NCBI GenBank assembly: GCA_044352465.1
Contig: JBILDU010000037.1
Span: forward strand, 1 to 26,584
DNA length: 26,584 bases
Reading direction: 5' to 3'
DNA from: Bdellovibrionota bacterium
GTDB lineage: Bacteria; Bdellovibrionota_C; UBA2361
The notes beneath the pieces were generated by a model. That model saw only the letters and a program-made list of their open reading frames with translations. It did no database searches and was not told the origin of the DNA. Below are positions 1 to 8,695 of the stretch, piece after piece. The translations under genes were made by a program, and so were the position numbers. The first letter of the stretch is position 1. The number at the start of each line of letters is the position of its first letter.

Positions 1-810
1 GGGCGTGCCGGTTAGTCGGCATATCCACATCAGTGTTCCAGTATCGGAAACGCAACGATCGAAACATCGCTCTTCGCCGCGAGATTAAACGGCTTGCCCT
101 GAAGCACCGGCGGGATGGGTGCCGTTCATTACATCGGCTTCTTCAGTGGAACGGCTGGAATGTGAACAAGAAACGGGTGGAACGGATTTATCGTGAGGAA
201 AAGCTGCAGTTACGGCGAAAAACGAAGAAGAAACTACCGGTACATCTCCGGATGGAGGTTCCAGCACCCAAGAAACTCAACGAGTGTTGGTCGATCGATT
301 TTCTGAGCGATGCGGATATGACGGGGCGGCCGGTACGGATCCTCGCTGCGATCGATGATGCTTCAAGGGAGTGTCTGATCCTCAGCTCCGCACGCTCAAT
401 GACGGGTGCCGAGGTCGCAGCTCAACTCGACCGGGTCGCCCTATTTCGGGGCTATCCAATGTTTCTCAGGATGGATAACGGACCTGAATTCCGGAGCGCT
501 GCCATGGCTGCATGGGCTACAAAGCACGGAGTTACGCTCATATTCATCGAACCAGGGAAGCCGTTTCAGAACTGCTTCGTTGAGTCGTTCAACGGGATAT
601 TGCGGCGGAAATGTCTCGACCTAAACGTGTTTCACGACCTCGCTCATGCGCAGGCAGTCGTTGATGCTTTTCGGAACGAATACAACCGGGAAAAACCACA
701 CGAGTCGCTTAAGGGTACCCCGAGCGGTGTTTGCTTCGCAGCTCCGAAAGTAGTTAAAAGATAATAACCGGACTATGCCTCAGACCGTAGCGAAGAAAGG
801 GGGCTGATCA
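1..810 (+). mobile_element. IS3-family insertion sequence, 3' portion (left end outside window)
   Basis: IS3 OrfB-type transposase is followed by ...gaagaaagggggctgatca (ends at 810). This resembles the GGGGGC..TCA-type right terminal inverted repeat of IS3/IS407-group elements. Confidence 0.8.
3..764 (+). CDS. IS3-family transposase OrfB (integrase core), 5'-truncated by window edge
   Basis: The frame is open from base 3 (ACRLVGISTSVFQY, a typical OrfB start). It has VNKKRVERIYREEKL and DDE motifs WSIDF, RMDNGPEF, PGKPFQNCFVESFNG and YNREKPH. Confidence 0.93.
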   Translation, partial: ACRLVGISTSVFQYRKRNDRNIALRREIKRLALKHRRDGCRSLHRLLQWNGWNVNKKRVERIYREEKLQLRRKTKKKLPVHLRMEVPAPKKLNECWSIDFLSDADMTGRPVRILAAIDDASRECLILSSARSMTGAEVAAQLDRVALFRGYPMFLRMDNGPEFRSAAMAAWATKHGVTLIFIEPGKPFQNCFVESFNGILRRKCLDLNVFHDLAHAQAVVDAFRNEYNREKPHESLKGTPSGVCFAAPKVVKR

Positions 811-999
811 GAACCACTAGCTCGCCTTGCTCATCTGAGAGCCCATCTGAGAATGGCCCCGTCAAGCCGAGCCAGACCAAAAAGCCCGTACTCCGCCCCC
901 CCCCGAAAAAAAACGCTTTCAGGTCAAAAAACTCTCTGGTCGGAGTAATTACAGGTCTGAGGTCGCACACCGTCGTGCGAATGTGTCATTCTCTCGCTG

Positions 1000-1272
1000 T
1001 TAATTCGCGAGCCCGATTGCGCCCTGACGGGCTATTTTATCGAAATAGGCTGACGACGTTGCGCTCACGAGTCGCATCGCAGTTTGGGTGTGTGGGGCCG
1101 GTACAAGCACTCTATATCCAGACGCTTTGTAACCGCCCTTGGCGCCTTCACGCTCTGATATCTGGACGTGCTCAAGGATGACCGGTATGCCGGCGTCCTC
1201 AAGTGCAGCGCATGTCTTATCGGCCAGCGCCTGTTCGAAAGTTGTGGTGAGCACCAAAAAACGATCTTCCAT
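1000..1272 (-). CDS. DUF2007-like small putative signal-transducing protein
   Basis: 90 aa with the pattern A...CAALEDAGIPVIL...GYRVLVP...AMRLV, typical of the DUF2007 family. Confidence 0.7.
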   Translation of the reverse strand: MEDRFLVLTTTFEQALADKTCAALEDAGIPVILEHVQISEREGAKGGYKASGYRVLVPAPHTQTAMRLVSATSSAYFDKIARQGAIGLAN

Positions 1273-1352
1273 CTTTTGAAATCTCCGTCTTTTACGAACG
1301 CAGCCTTTTACAAAAACAGCCTTTTAAGAAGGTAGCTTTTTACGGTCTCTAA
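1273..1352. repeat. Degenerate tandem repeat, 5 units with 16-bp period
   Basis: Units are cttttgaaatctccgt / cttttacgaacgcagc / cttttacaaaaacagc / cttttaagaaggtagc / tttttacggtctctaa, starting at 1273, 1289, 1305, 1321 and 1337. Confidence 0.75.
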
Positions 1353-1696
1353 GCCGGGCCTTCCCCCCGATCGCGATCTCGGTTAGCTAGCTCCAAGGGT
1401 TACAGAGACTCCGCGGGTTCAAAAGAGTGTGCGGATTCCAAAGAGCTGGGCGTTGCCGCGCTTTAAACCTGTAAAGCGCTCCGCCAGCGGATGTTGTAGC
1501 GTGGTAGTAATTCTAACGCTAGAGCTTTTATGGTTGGTCGTGGTTTATTTAAGGGCTCGTCGGAAAATGGGGAGGTTAAGGCGAATGATCATTCTACTGA
1601 CCCGGAGCGAGTCTCGCTTGGTCGGTAGCGTGCTCGAATCATTCGACGCGGTCTCGTAAAACTCCAGAGGTGGCCCCTTAGCTGCGGAACTTCTTT

Positions 1697-2806
1697 ATGA
1701 CGGAAAAATTGGGTTCGTTTCTACAGACTTTTGATCTGCATGGTTCGGTAATCGGCGTGGAGCCGTTTAAAAGCGGACATATCAACGATACCTACCGCGG
1801 TAGAGTCGCTACACCCCAGGGCGAGCGGTGGTATATTCATCAAAGAATTAACCGCCATATTTTTAAAGATATCCCCGGAGTTATGCGCAACATCGTGGCG
1901 GTTACCGATCACATCCGTGCGGCCTTGGCGCGGGGCGAGGGGAGCTCTGTCGAGGAGGCTGTGCGGGTTGTAAGGACGCAGGCGGGTGAGACGTATGCGG
2001 TTGATGACTCCGGTGATTTTTGGCGGACTTATGAATTTGTTCCGGGGGCGGTGAGTTTTGATATCTGTGCCGGCCCCGCACAAGCTGAGGAAGCGGGGCG
2101 AATGGTAGGGAAGTTCCAGCGGTATCTCCGCGACTTCTCGGCGCGTGAGTTGGTCGATCCGATTCCACAGTTTCAAAATACTGCCATGCGTTTCGCTCAC
2201 CTTGAGGAGGCTATCCGCGAGGATCGCGCGGGGCGTTTGCAGGAGGTGGGATCTGAGGTCGATTTTGCGCGGGGCCAGAAGGGGCTCACCGAGCTCTTAG
2301 TCGAGGGGATCAACTCCGGTGCTCTGCCGTTACGGGTGACTCACGGAGATCCGAAGCTCAATAATATCCTCTTTCGGGAGGGCACAGGTCAGGGAATCTG
2401 CCTCGTTGACCTCGATACTTGCATGGCGGGGACGGTTTTGTACGATTTTGGGGATCTGGTGCGTTGCACTGCGGTGCGGGCGGCTGAGGACGAGCGCGAC
2501 CTGGAGCGCGTGCGGTGCGAGCTTGATCTCTTTCGTGGATTGACCGCGGGGTTCCTTGAGATCGTTGCTGATGAGCTCATACCAGCTGAGCGAGCGCTTC
2601 TTGCAACGGCACCTCAAGCGATCGTACTGACCATCGGGATACGTTTTCTCACCGATTATCTGAACGGGGACACCTATTTCAAGATCCATCGCCCGCAGCA
2701 CAACCTCGATCGTGCCCGGACGCAATTCGCCCTCGTGCGAAGCCTGCAACGGCAGGCTGACGAGATGAACGCCATCGTCGCCGATCTTTTAAGTCGGCTT
2801 CGGTAA
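1697..2806 (+). CDS. Aminoglycoside phosphotransferase-family kinase, N-acetylhexosamine 1-kinase (NahK)-like
   Basis: Motifs GHINDTY, QRINRHIF, THGDPKLNNILF (Brenner motif), VDLDT, YDFGDLVR and RFLTDYLNGDTYFKI...HNLDRARTQ. Confidence 0.85.
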   Translation: MTEKLGSFLQTFDLHGSVIGVEPFKSGHINDTYRGRVATPQGERWYIHQRINRHIFKDIPGVMRNIVAVTDHIRAALARGEGSSVEEAVRVVRTQAGETYAVDDSGDFWRTYEFVPGAVSFDICAGPAQAEEAGRMVGKFQRYLRDFSARELVDPIPQFQNTAMRFAHLEEAIREDRAGRLQEVGSEVDFARGQKGLTELLVEGINSGALPLRVTHGDPKLNNILFREGTGQGICLVDLDTCMAGTVLYDFGDLVRCTAVRAAEDERDLERVRCELDLFRGLTAGFLEIVADELIPAERALLATAPQAIVLTIGIRFLTDYLNGDTYFKIHRPQHNLDRARTQFALVRSLQRQADEMNAIVADLLSRLR

Positions 2807-2823
2807 GGCAGCCAGGTTTCTTT

Positions 2824-4794
2824 ATGGCGCAGGTCGTCGAATCAGCGGAGCTTATTCTCGAGCGGTTGTGCTCAAGGGGACTGGGTCCGTTGGAGCGGGC
2901 GCGGGGGCTGCAATCTTTGGGGCTGGAGCGGAGTGCTCTTTCCGAGCTTCGGCGGGGAGTGGTGGAAACACCGGGAGATGATCGCCTGTGGCGGGCGCTT
3001 TTCGATTTTTACCGGGCTGAGGGGCTCGCCGTATCGGCTGTTGGTGTTGCGCGAACGATCGACGCACGCGGTTTGGGGGAGCTTCTCTCTGCGGCCGAGC
3101 GAGCCGAACTCGCTTTTGCTGAGTCGCCGCCGCCGATCTCGCTTTATGTCCCGTGTTACAACGGGGCCGAGAGTTTGTCAGAGGTGCTCGCCGCAGTCCT
3201 CGCCCAGTCGGTGATCCCACAGCAGATTTTGGTCGTTGATGACTGCTCTACCGACCGGTCGGCTGAGATCGCCAGCGAATTCTCTAAGGTTGAGTGCCTC
3301 CGTCATCCGCGTAATTTGGGGCTCGGGGCAGCGCGCAACACCGCCCTCGATGCGGTGCATCATCCTCTCGTGGCTTCGCTTGATTCCGATGTTGTGCCGA
3401 GCGAGTTTTGGTTGGAGCGGCTTTTAGTAGCGTTACTACAAGCTCCGCTGATTGGCGCTTTTGGTCCGCTTATCGAGCGCAACGCGGTGACGTTGCCGGA
3501 TCGGTGGCGGGCGCGGGTGATGCCGCTCCTCTATCCAGGGCAGGGTGATATCGAGGATGCAGTCCTCTATGGTTCAAATACCCTTTTTGCCACGGCGGCA
3601 TTACGGGCCGTCGGCGGATTTAATCCTCGGTTTACCGGCGCTTTTGATGATATCGATCTTGGAAATCGGCTGCGCGTGCGCGGACTCCATATTCGCTATG
3701 TCCACCGCGCGATCTGTGAGCATACCCGGCGCGACTCGCTTCAACGGGTTCTGCGAGGTTGTTACGGCTATCGAAAAGAAGCAGCCATTAAGGGGCGGAT
3801 GTTCGAGGCAGTTGAGCCCCTTGAGCGCCGCTGGAACACGTTGTTTCGCGATGGGATTCAAGAGATTGAGGAGCTCTTTCAAAGCGGCGCAGGTGCCCTC
3901 GTTTTCCCATCACTCCTTAATATCTTCTGGACCATCGTTAATGACCTGGGGGAGTTCCTCGCTCACAACGATAGCGGTCCACGCCGTTCCTATGCGTCGA
4001 GGGTGATCGCTGCGGTATGGCGCGGAATCGATAGTATCCCCGGTCTTGCAATAAGCACTCATGAGACTCTGAAGTTACACCTGGGGCCGCTCATCGAGGG
4101 TTTGATAGCGCGGTTCGAGATTGAAGGAGCTCCCGCTGCGTCATCGAGTGAGCCCCGTGTCTCTGTCGCTCCTAATTCTCCCCGAATCGGCGGAGACAGC
4201 GTGGCCGCAGGCGGGTGCTCGCCAGATCCCGTACCGCCATCGCCCCTCATGGAGGACGATGGGGGTCTCTCTTCGGCGGCTGAAGCAGATGAAGTCTATG
4301 AGCGTTGTTTTCTGAAGTGCGCCGTGGTGTTGCATTTCTCCCCGGCGATTCGAGAGCTGCTCGAAGAGGGGGCGCGGGAGAGTTGTGTGAGTGCAGGCAC
4401 CGCGCCCTCCGCGGCAAGGCGCATCGCCGTCGTTGATCCAGGGTATTTCGACTGTACCGGGGAGGTCCCGGCTCGATCGTCGGCGGTGCCGCGAGCGTTA
4501 CCGCCTTCCCGCGCCCCCATTCAGTGTGCCTTTTTTGATGGAACTACCGCTTTGCGTGACCCCCAGCAGCGAGAGGGGGCTCTCAAAGGGTTCGGAGCTG
4601 AACTCGTTGTTCTCGCCGGTGAGGGGCTTAATCCCCATACGGTGCGAAAGCTCGTGCTCGTTTTGCGGGAATGGCTCGGCGCTCGAGTTGCTGTTGTCGT
4701 CACCGGAGGTGTGGCGGTGGATCTCTCGGCCGAGAACGTCGCGGTTGTTGTCGCCGGGACCGCGGCGTTCTTAGCCGAATTACGACAGGGGTGA
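2824..4794 (+). CDS. Multidomain family 2 glycosyltransferase
   Basis: GT-A motifs VPCYNGAESL, VVDDCSTD, NLGLGAARN, LDSD (DxD) and VGGFNPRF..DDIDLG. There are extra N-terminal helical and C-terminal alpha/beta regions. Confidence 0.85.
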   Translation: MAQVVESAELILERLCSRGLGPLERARGLQSLGLERSALSELRRGVVETPGDDRLWRALFDFYRAEGLAVSAVGVARTIDARGLGELLSAAERAELAFAESPPPISLYVPCYNGAESLSEVLAAVLAQSVIPQQILVVDDCSTDRSAEIASEFSKVECLRHPRNLGLGAARNTALDAVHHPLVASLDSDVVPSEFWLERLLVALLQAPLIGAFGPLIERNAVTLPDRWRARVMPLLYPGQGDIEDAVLYGSNTLFATAALRAVGGFNPRFTGAFDDIDLGNRLRVRGLHIRYVHRAICEHTRRDSLQRVLRGCYGYRKEAAIKGRMFEAVEPLERRWNTLFRDGIQEIEELFQSGAGALVFPSLLNIFWTIVNDLGEFLAHNDSGPRRSYASRVIAAVWRGIDSIPGLAISTHETLKLHLGPLIEGLIARFEIEGAPAASSSEPRVSVAPNSPRIGGDSVAAGGCSPDPVPPSPLMEDDGGLSSAAEADEVYERCFLKCAVVLHFSPAIRELLEEGARESCVSAGTAPSAARRIAVVDPGYFDCTGEVPARSSAVPRALPPSRAPIQCAFFDGTTALRDPQQREGALKGFGAELVVLAGEGLNPHTVRKLVLVLREWLGARVAVVVTGGVAVDLSAENVAVVVAGTAAFLAELRQG

Positions 4795-5043
4795 GCGTCA
4801 TTCCTTTTTTGTGCTGAGCTCCAGGCTTAGCGGGATGTCAGCTCGGGGCCCCAGCTTCCCTTCTCTCATTTAAATTTAGTAGGCAATTCAGTGCCTTGCA
4901 CTCGGCGGGGCGGAGCTGCTCCACCGCTACCCACCTCCGCGAGAGCGCCACCCGAGGATTGTTTTAACCCCCCTAAAGGGATACACTCCAGCAGCCCGAA
5001 CGCTCGTTTTTCGGGGATGTTATCGCGCCGATAGGAAGTTCTC

Positions 5044-6105
5044 ATGGTCCCATTTCATTTTGAGCATGTCTGCATTGAGTCGTATGCGTTGAATCTTCCC
5101 ACGCGTAAGATTCCGTCGGCTGAGCTCGAGCAACGTCTCGCGCCGGTGTATGAGCGGTTGCAGATTCCGTTCGGTACTTTAGAGAAGATCAGTGGGGTCT
5201 CGAGCCGGTATTTTTGGCCCGAGGATGTGTATCCGAGTATGGCGGGAACGGTCGCGGCTGAGCGCGCCCTCGAGGGGATCGGTTTTGGGCGCGAAAAGAT
5301 CAAAGCGCTCTTCAGCTGTGCCGTGACCCGGGATTACTTTGAGCCATCCACGGCGTGTCTGTTGCACAAGAACCTGAAGATGGACGAGAGCGCAATCGTG
5401 ATGGATATCTCGAACGCGTGTCTGGGCTTTTCCGATGGGCTCATGATGCTCGGAAGTCTCATTGAGGCGGGAGTAGTTCCGGCGGGGGTCGTCGTGTCGG
5501 CAGAGACGATCTCGCGGTGCTCAGAGGCATTGATGCGCCACCTCCTCTCGAGTCCTGGCCTTGGGCGGGATGAGCTCTTGAAGCTTCTGCCCTCGCTCAC
5601 GCTCGGCTCGGGGGCAGTGGCGTACGTACTGTGCCACGATTCGATCGCGACAAAGAAACACAAGCTTCTTGGCGGTGTGAGTCGCGCGGCTACCGACTGC
5701 TGTGATTTGTGCATCGGCAACGGGGATTACTACCTAAGGCAGGGGGAGGACTTCAATCCGATTATGGAGACCGAGTCCTCGAAGCTTATCGCTGCAGCGG
5801 CCCGTCTCGGTGGTCGTACGTGGAAAGATGCTTCTGAGCATTTCGGTTGGAAAGCTGATGATATCGACCACATCGTGTGTCACCAAGTCGGCAAGCAGGT
5901 CAACGATGCCTTCTATAAGGAGATGGGTCTGCAGCGGGAGAAGGAGTTCACCATTTATCAGGAGTACGGCAATCTCGTCTCGGCTGCGTTGCCCACCGCG
6001 TTTGTGATGGCGATCGACCAGCGGGGTATGAAGAAAGGCGATAAGATCTTGCTGACCGGTTTCGGCAGCGGCCTCAACTCCATGTTCTCTGCTATCGAGT
6101 GGTAG
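5044..6105 (+). CDS. oleA: OleA, thiolase/FabH-fold acyl-CoA condensing enzyme
   Basis: DYFEPSTA (catalytic Glu), DISNACLGF (Cys), CHQVG (His), YGN (Asn) and GFGSGLN. It lies directly upstream of oleBC and oleD. Confidence 0.9.
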   Translation: MVPFHFEHVCIESYALNLPTRKIPSAELEQRLAPVYERLQIPFGTLEKISGVSSRYFWPEDVYPSMAGTVAAERALEGIGFGREKIKALFSCAVTRDYFEPSTACLLHKNLKMDESAIVMDISNACLGFSDGLMMLGSLIEAGVVPAGVVVSAETISRCSEALMRHLLSSPGLGRDELLKLLPSLTLGSGAVAYVLCHDSIATKKHKLLGGVSRAATDCCDLCIGNGDYYLRQGEDFNPIMETESSKLIAAAARLGGRTWKDASEHFGWKADDIDHIVCHQVGKQVNDAFYKEMGLQREKEFTIYQEYGNLVSAALPTAFVMAIDQRGMKKGDKILLTGFGSGLNSMFSAIEW

Positions 6106-6112
6106 TTTCGCC

Positions 6113-8695
6113 GTGCTCGATAGGTCCTCGCTTGACGCGCTCCTCCCGTATCGTTCGAATTACTTCGTCATCGACGGTCAGCGCCTGCATTACCTGGATG
6201 AGGGAGCTGGCCCGGTGGTCGTGTTACTGCACGGCAATCCGACCTGGTGCTTCTATTATCGCAATCTGATCGGTCGACTGAAGTCCGACTTTCGGGTGAT
6301 AGCGCCGGATTACATCGGGTGTGGTCTCTCGGATCATCCCAAGGATCGGCACTACCGGGCCAAGGATCGGATCGATCATCTCGAACTTCTCCTTGACCAC
6401 CTTGGGGTGGGAAAGTTTTCGCTGCTCATGCATGACTGGGGTGGGCCGATCGGTACGGGTCTCGCGATTCGACGTCTCGCCTCAGTGGATCGGTTGGTCT
6501 ATCTCAACACGACCCTCACGGAGACAGAGAGTTTACCGCTCATCATCAAGAAAGCTGCCTCCCCCCTGATCGGGCGTTTTCTGACGAAGTATACTAACCA
6601 CTTCGTGCGCCTCACGACCGACTTCGGTGTGCGCAAGACCTTGGCACCTGAGGTACGAGCAGGCTATCACTTCCCCTACCAGACCGCGGAGCGTCGTACT
6701 GCGATCTGGGATTTTGTTGATGACATCCCCTTTGATAGCAATCATCCGAGCTATGCGTCGATGATGGAGATCGCGCGCGGGCTTCCCGACATAGCAAAAA
6801 AACCGGTGCAGATTATCTGGGGACTCAAAGACCCGTGCTTTCACCGCGAGATGTTGAGTCGCGTTGCGGGACATTTTCCCTCGGCGCGCGTCCTGGAGAT
6901 CCCTGACGCGTCTCATCTCGTTCTGGAGGACGCGTTCGAGCAGGTGGCGCGGGTGGCGGGAGCGTTTCTCAACGGAGTTGAGGGTGCGGACGAGAGCGCC
7001 CTTGCGGCGGAGAGCCATACGCCGCAGCGACCCCCGAACGCCCTGTATGCTGGATTTCTCGAGCAGGTTGCTGCACAACCTCTCACCGATGCTGCGATCG
7101 TGCCGACCTTTTGGGGTGGGCAGGTTCGGTATGAGCATGTCAGTTTTCGAGAGCTTGCGACGCTCGTGCATAAGTATCAGCGTGGTCTCACTGAGCTTGG
7201 CGTCGTGCCGGGCGACCGGGTTCTGATGCTTGTGCCGGCGGGGGTCGAGTTCCTCGCGCTGAGTTACGCCGTGATGGGGCGGGGGGGGATCCCGATCTTC
7301 ATCGATCCAGGCATTGGCCGGGAGAATCTGCTCAAGTGTATCGCCGATGCGGCGCCGACGGTGATGATCGGCTCGGCGAAGGCTCAGCTGCTTCGATGGA
7401 TCGGTAAGGCGGCCCTCAAGTCGGTGCGACTGAACATCCTGGCCGCCGATCCGCTCGTCGGTCCGAGCCCTAACCTCGGATATCTTAAGAAATTTTCCTC
7501 GGTCCCACTGGCTCCAGTTCCGGGGGGTGATATCGGCTTTATCGCCTTCACTTCCGGCGCTACTGGCATTCCAAAGGGTGTTATTTTCTCCGATGAAATG
7601 TTGGCTGAGCAGCGGCGGATTTTTACGGGTCCGCTGGGGTTAAGAGCCGGAGCAAAGGATCTTCCATTACTTCCTATCTTCTCTCTGTTTAACCTATCGG
7701 TCGGTGTGACGAGTGTTTTCTTTCCGATCGATTCAAGTAAGCCTCTGACCCTTGAGCCGGATCGGGTGACAAAAGTGATCGATGATTTGGGAGTTAACTA
7801 CTCCTTTGGATCACCGACCTTATGGAAGAAGATAGCTGAGTACTGTTTCCGGATTCGGTGCGAGCTTCCGACGATTGAGAGGATCTTTATGGCGGGTGCG
7901 CCGGTGCCGGCGGCAACCCTTGAGCGCGTACAAGGGATCATACCGAACGGCACCGCTTATACGCCGTACGGTGCGACCGAGGCGCTCCCCGTAACGGTCG
8001 TTAACTCGAAAGAGATTTTGGGGCGCCAGACGTCGCGAGCGAAGACCGGCGAGGAGGGGACCTATGTTGGAGCTCCGGTCCAAGGTGTCGAGCTGAAGAT
8101 TATTAAATCCTCGGCAGGGGCGTTCGATTCGATCGGTAGCATCATTGAACTTGGGGCTGGCGAGATCGGTGAGGTCATCGTTCGGGGGCGCAACGTGAGT
8201 CTCGCCTATCTCAATCGTCCGACGGAGACCGCCGCTTCGAAGATCAGGGATGGCGACACCTGGTGGCATCGGATGGGCGATATGGGCTATCTCGATGATG
8301 CGGGGCACCTCTATTTTTGTGGACGCAAAGCGCATGTGGTGGGCGCGCTCGAACGGACCTATTTTAGTATCCCTACGGAGGCGGTCTTTAACCGTTCGGA
8401 GAGAGTTCGCCGAAGTGCACTCGTAGACCTGGGGCAGGGGCGCGCTGGAATCGTCGTCGAGCCAGAACCCCACCATTGGCCCGAGTCGGTGGAGGCGCGA
8501 GAAGCGTTCCTGAGTGAGCTGCGGAAGCTTGGTGCAACCGACCCGTTGACGCGCGGCATCGTCGATTTTTTCTTTCATCCCTCTTTCCCGGTGGATGCGC
8601 GACACAACGCGAAGATTTATCGTGACCGACTCGGAATTTGGGCGCGGGAGCAGGCGAGCGCACGACTTCCCGAGTCGCAGGTTGCCAATGGATAG
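6113..8695 (+). CDS. oleBC: Fused OleB (beta-lactone decarboxylase, alpha/beta hydrolase) - OleC (beta-lactone synthetase, AMP-binding)
   Basis: N-terminal part has LHGNPTW, HDWGG and DASHLVLED. C-terminal part has FTSGATGIPKG, TPYGATEALPV, WHRMGD and FPVDARHNAKI. It is one uninterrupted 860-aa frame. Confidence 0.9.
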   Translation: MLDRSSLDALLPYRSNYFVIDGQRLHYLDEGAGPVVVLLHGNPTWCFYYRNLIGRLKSDFRVIAPDYIGCGLSDHPKDRHYRAKDRIDHLELLLDHLGVGKFSLLMHDWGGPIGTGLAIRRLASVDRLVYLNTTLTETESLPLIIKKAASPLIGRFLTKYTNHFVRLTTDFGVRKTLAPEVRAGYHFPYQTAERRTAIWDFVDDIPFDSNHPSYASMMEIARGLPDIAKKPVQIIWGLKDPCFHREMLSRVAGHFPSARVLEIPDASHLVLEDAFEQVARVAGAFLNGVEGADESALAAESHTPQRPPNALYAGFLEQVAAQPLTDAAIVPTFWGGQVRYEHVSFRELATLVHKYQRGLTELGVVPGDRVLMLVPAGVEFLALSYAVMGRGGIPIFIDPGIGRENLLKCIADAAPTVMIGSAKAQLLRWIGKAALKSVRLNILAADPLVGPSPNLGYLKKFSSVPLAPVPGGDIGFIAFTSGATGIPKGVIFSDEMLAEQRRIFTGPLGLRAGAKDLPLLPIFSLFNLSVGVTSVFFPIDSSKPLTLEPDRVTKVIDDLGVNYSFGSPTLWKKIAEYCFRIRCELPTIERIFMAGAPVPAATLERVQGIIPNGTAYTPYGATEALPVTVVNSKEILGRQTSRAKTGEEGTYVGAPVQGVELKIIKSSAGAFDSIGSIIELGAGEIGEVIVRGRNVSLAYLNRPTETAASKIRDGDTWWHRMGDMGYLDDAGHLYFCGRKAHVVGALERTYFSIPTEAVFNRSERVRRSALVDLGQGRAGIVVEPEPHHWPESVEAREAFLSELRKLGATDPLTRGIVDFFFHPSFPVDARHNAKIYRDRLGIWAREQASARLPESQVANG

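Noticed and set aside
832..912. catctgaga direct repeat (832, 844) and adjacent poly-C/poly-A runs as an IS target duplication or phase-variation tract
   Set aside because: The repeat is not flush with the IS end and the other flank is outside the window. The homopolymers are not in a gene or an evident promoter.
1273..1352. CRISPR array
   Set aside because: The units are only 16 bp, there is no repeat-spacer structure, and there are no cas genes.
1429..1659. 76-aa ORF with a hydrophobic stretch
   Set aside because: It has a GTG start without an RBS, lies in a probable divergent promoter region and has no supporting motif.
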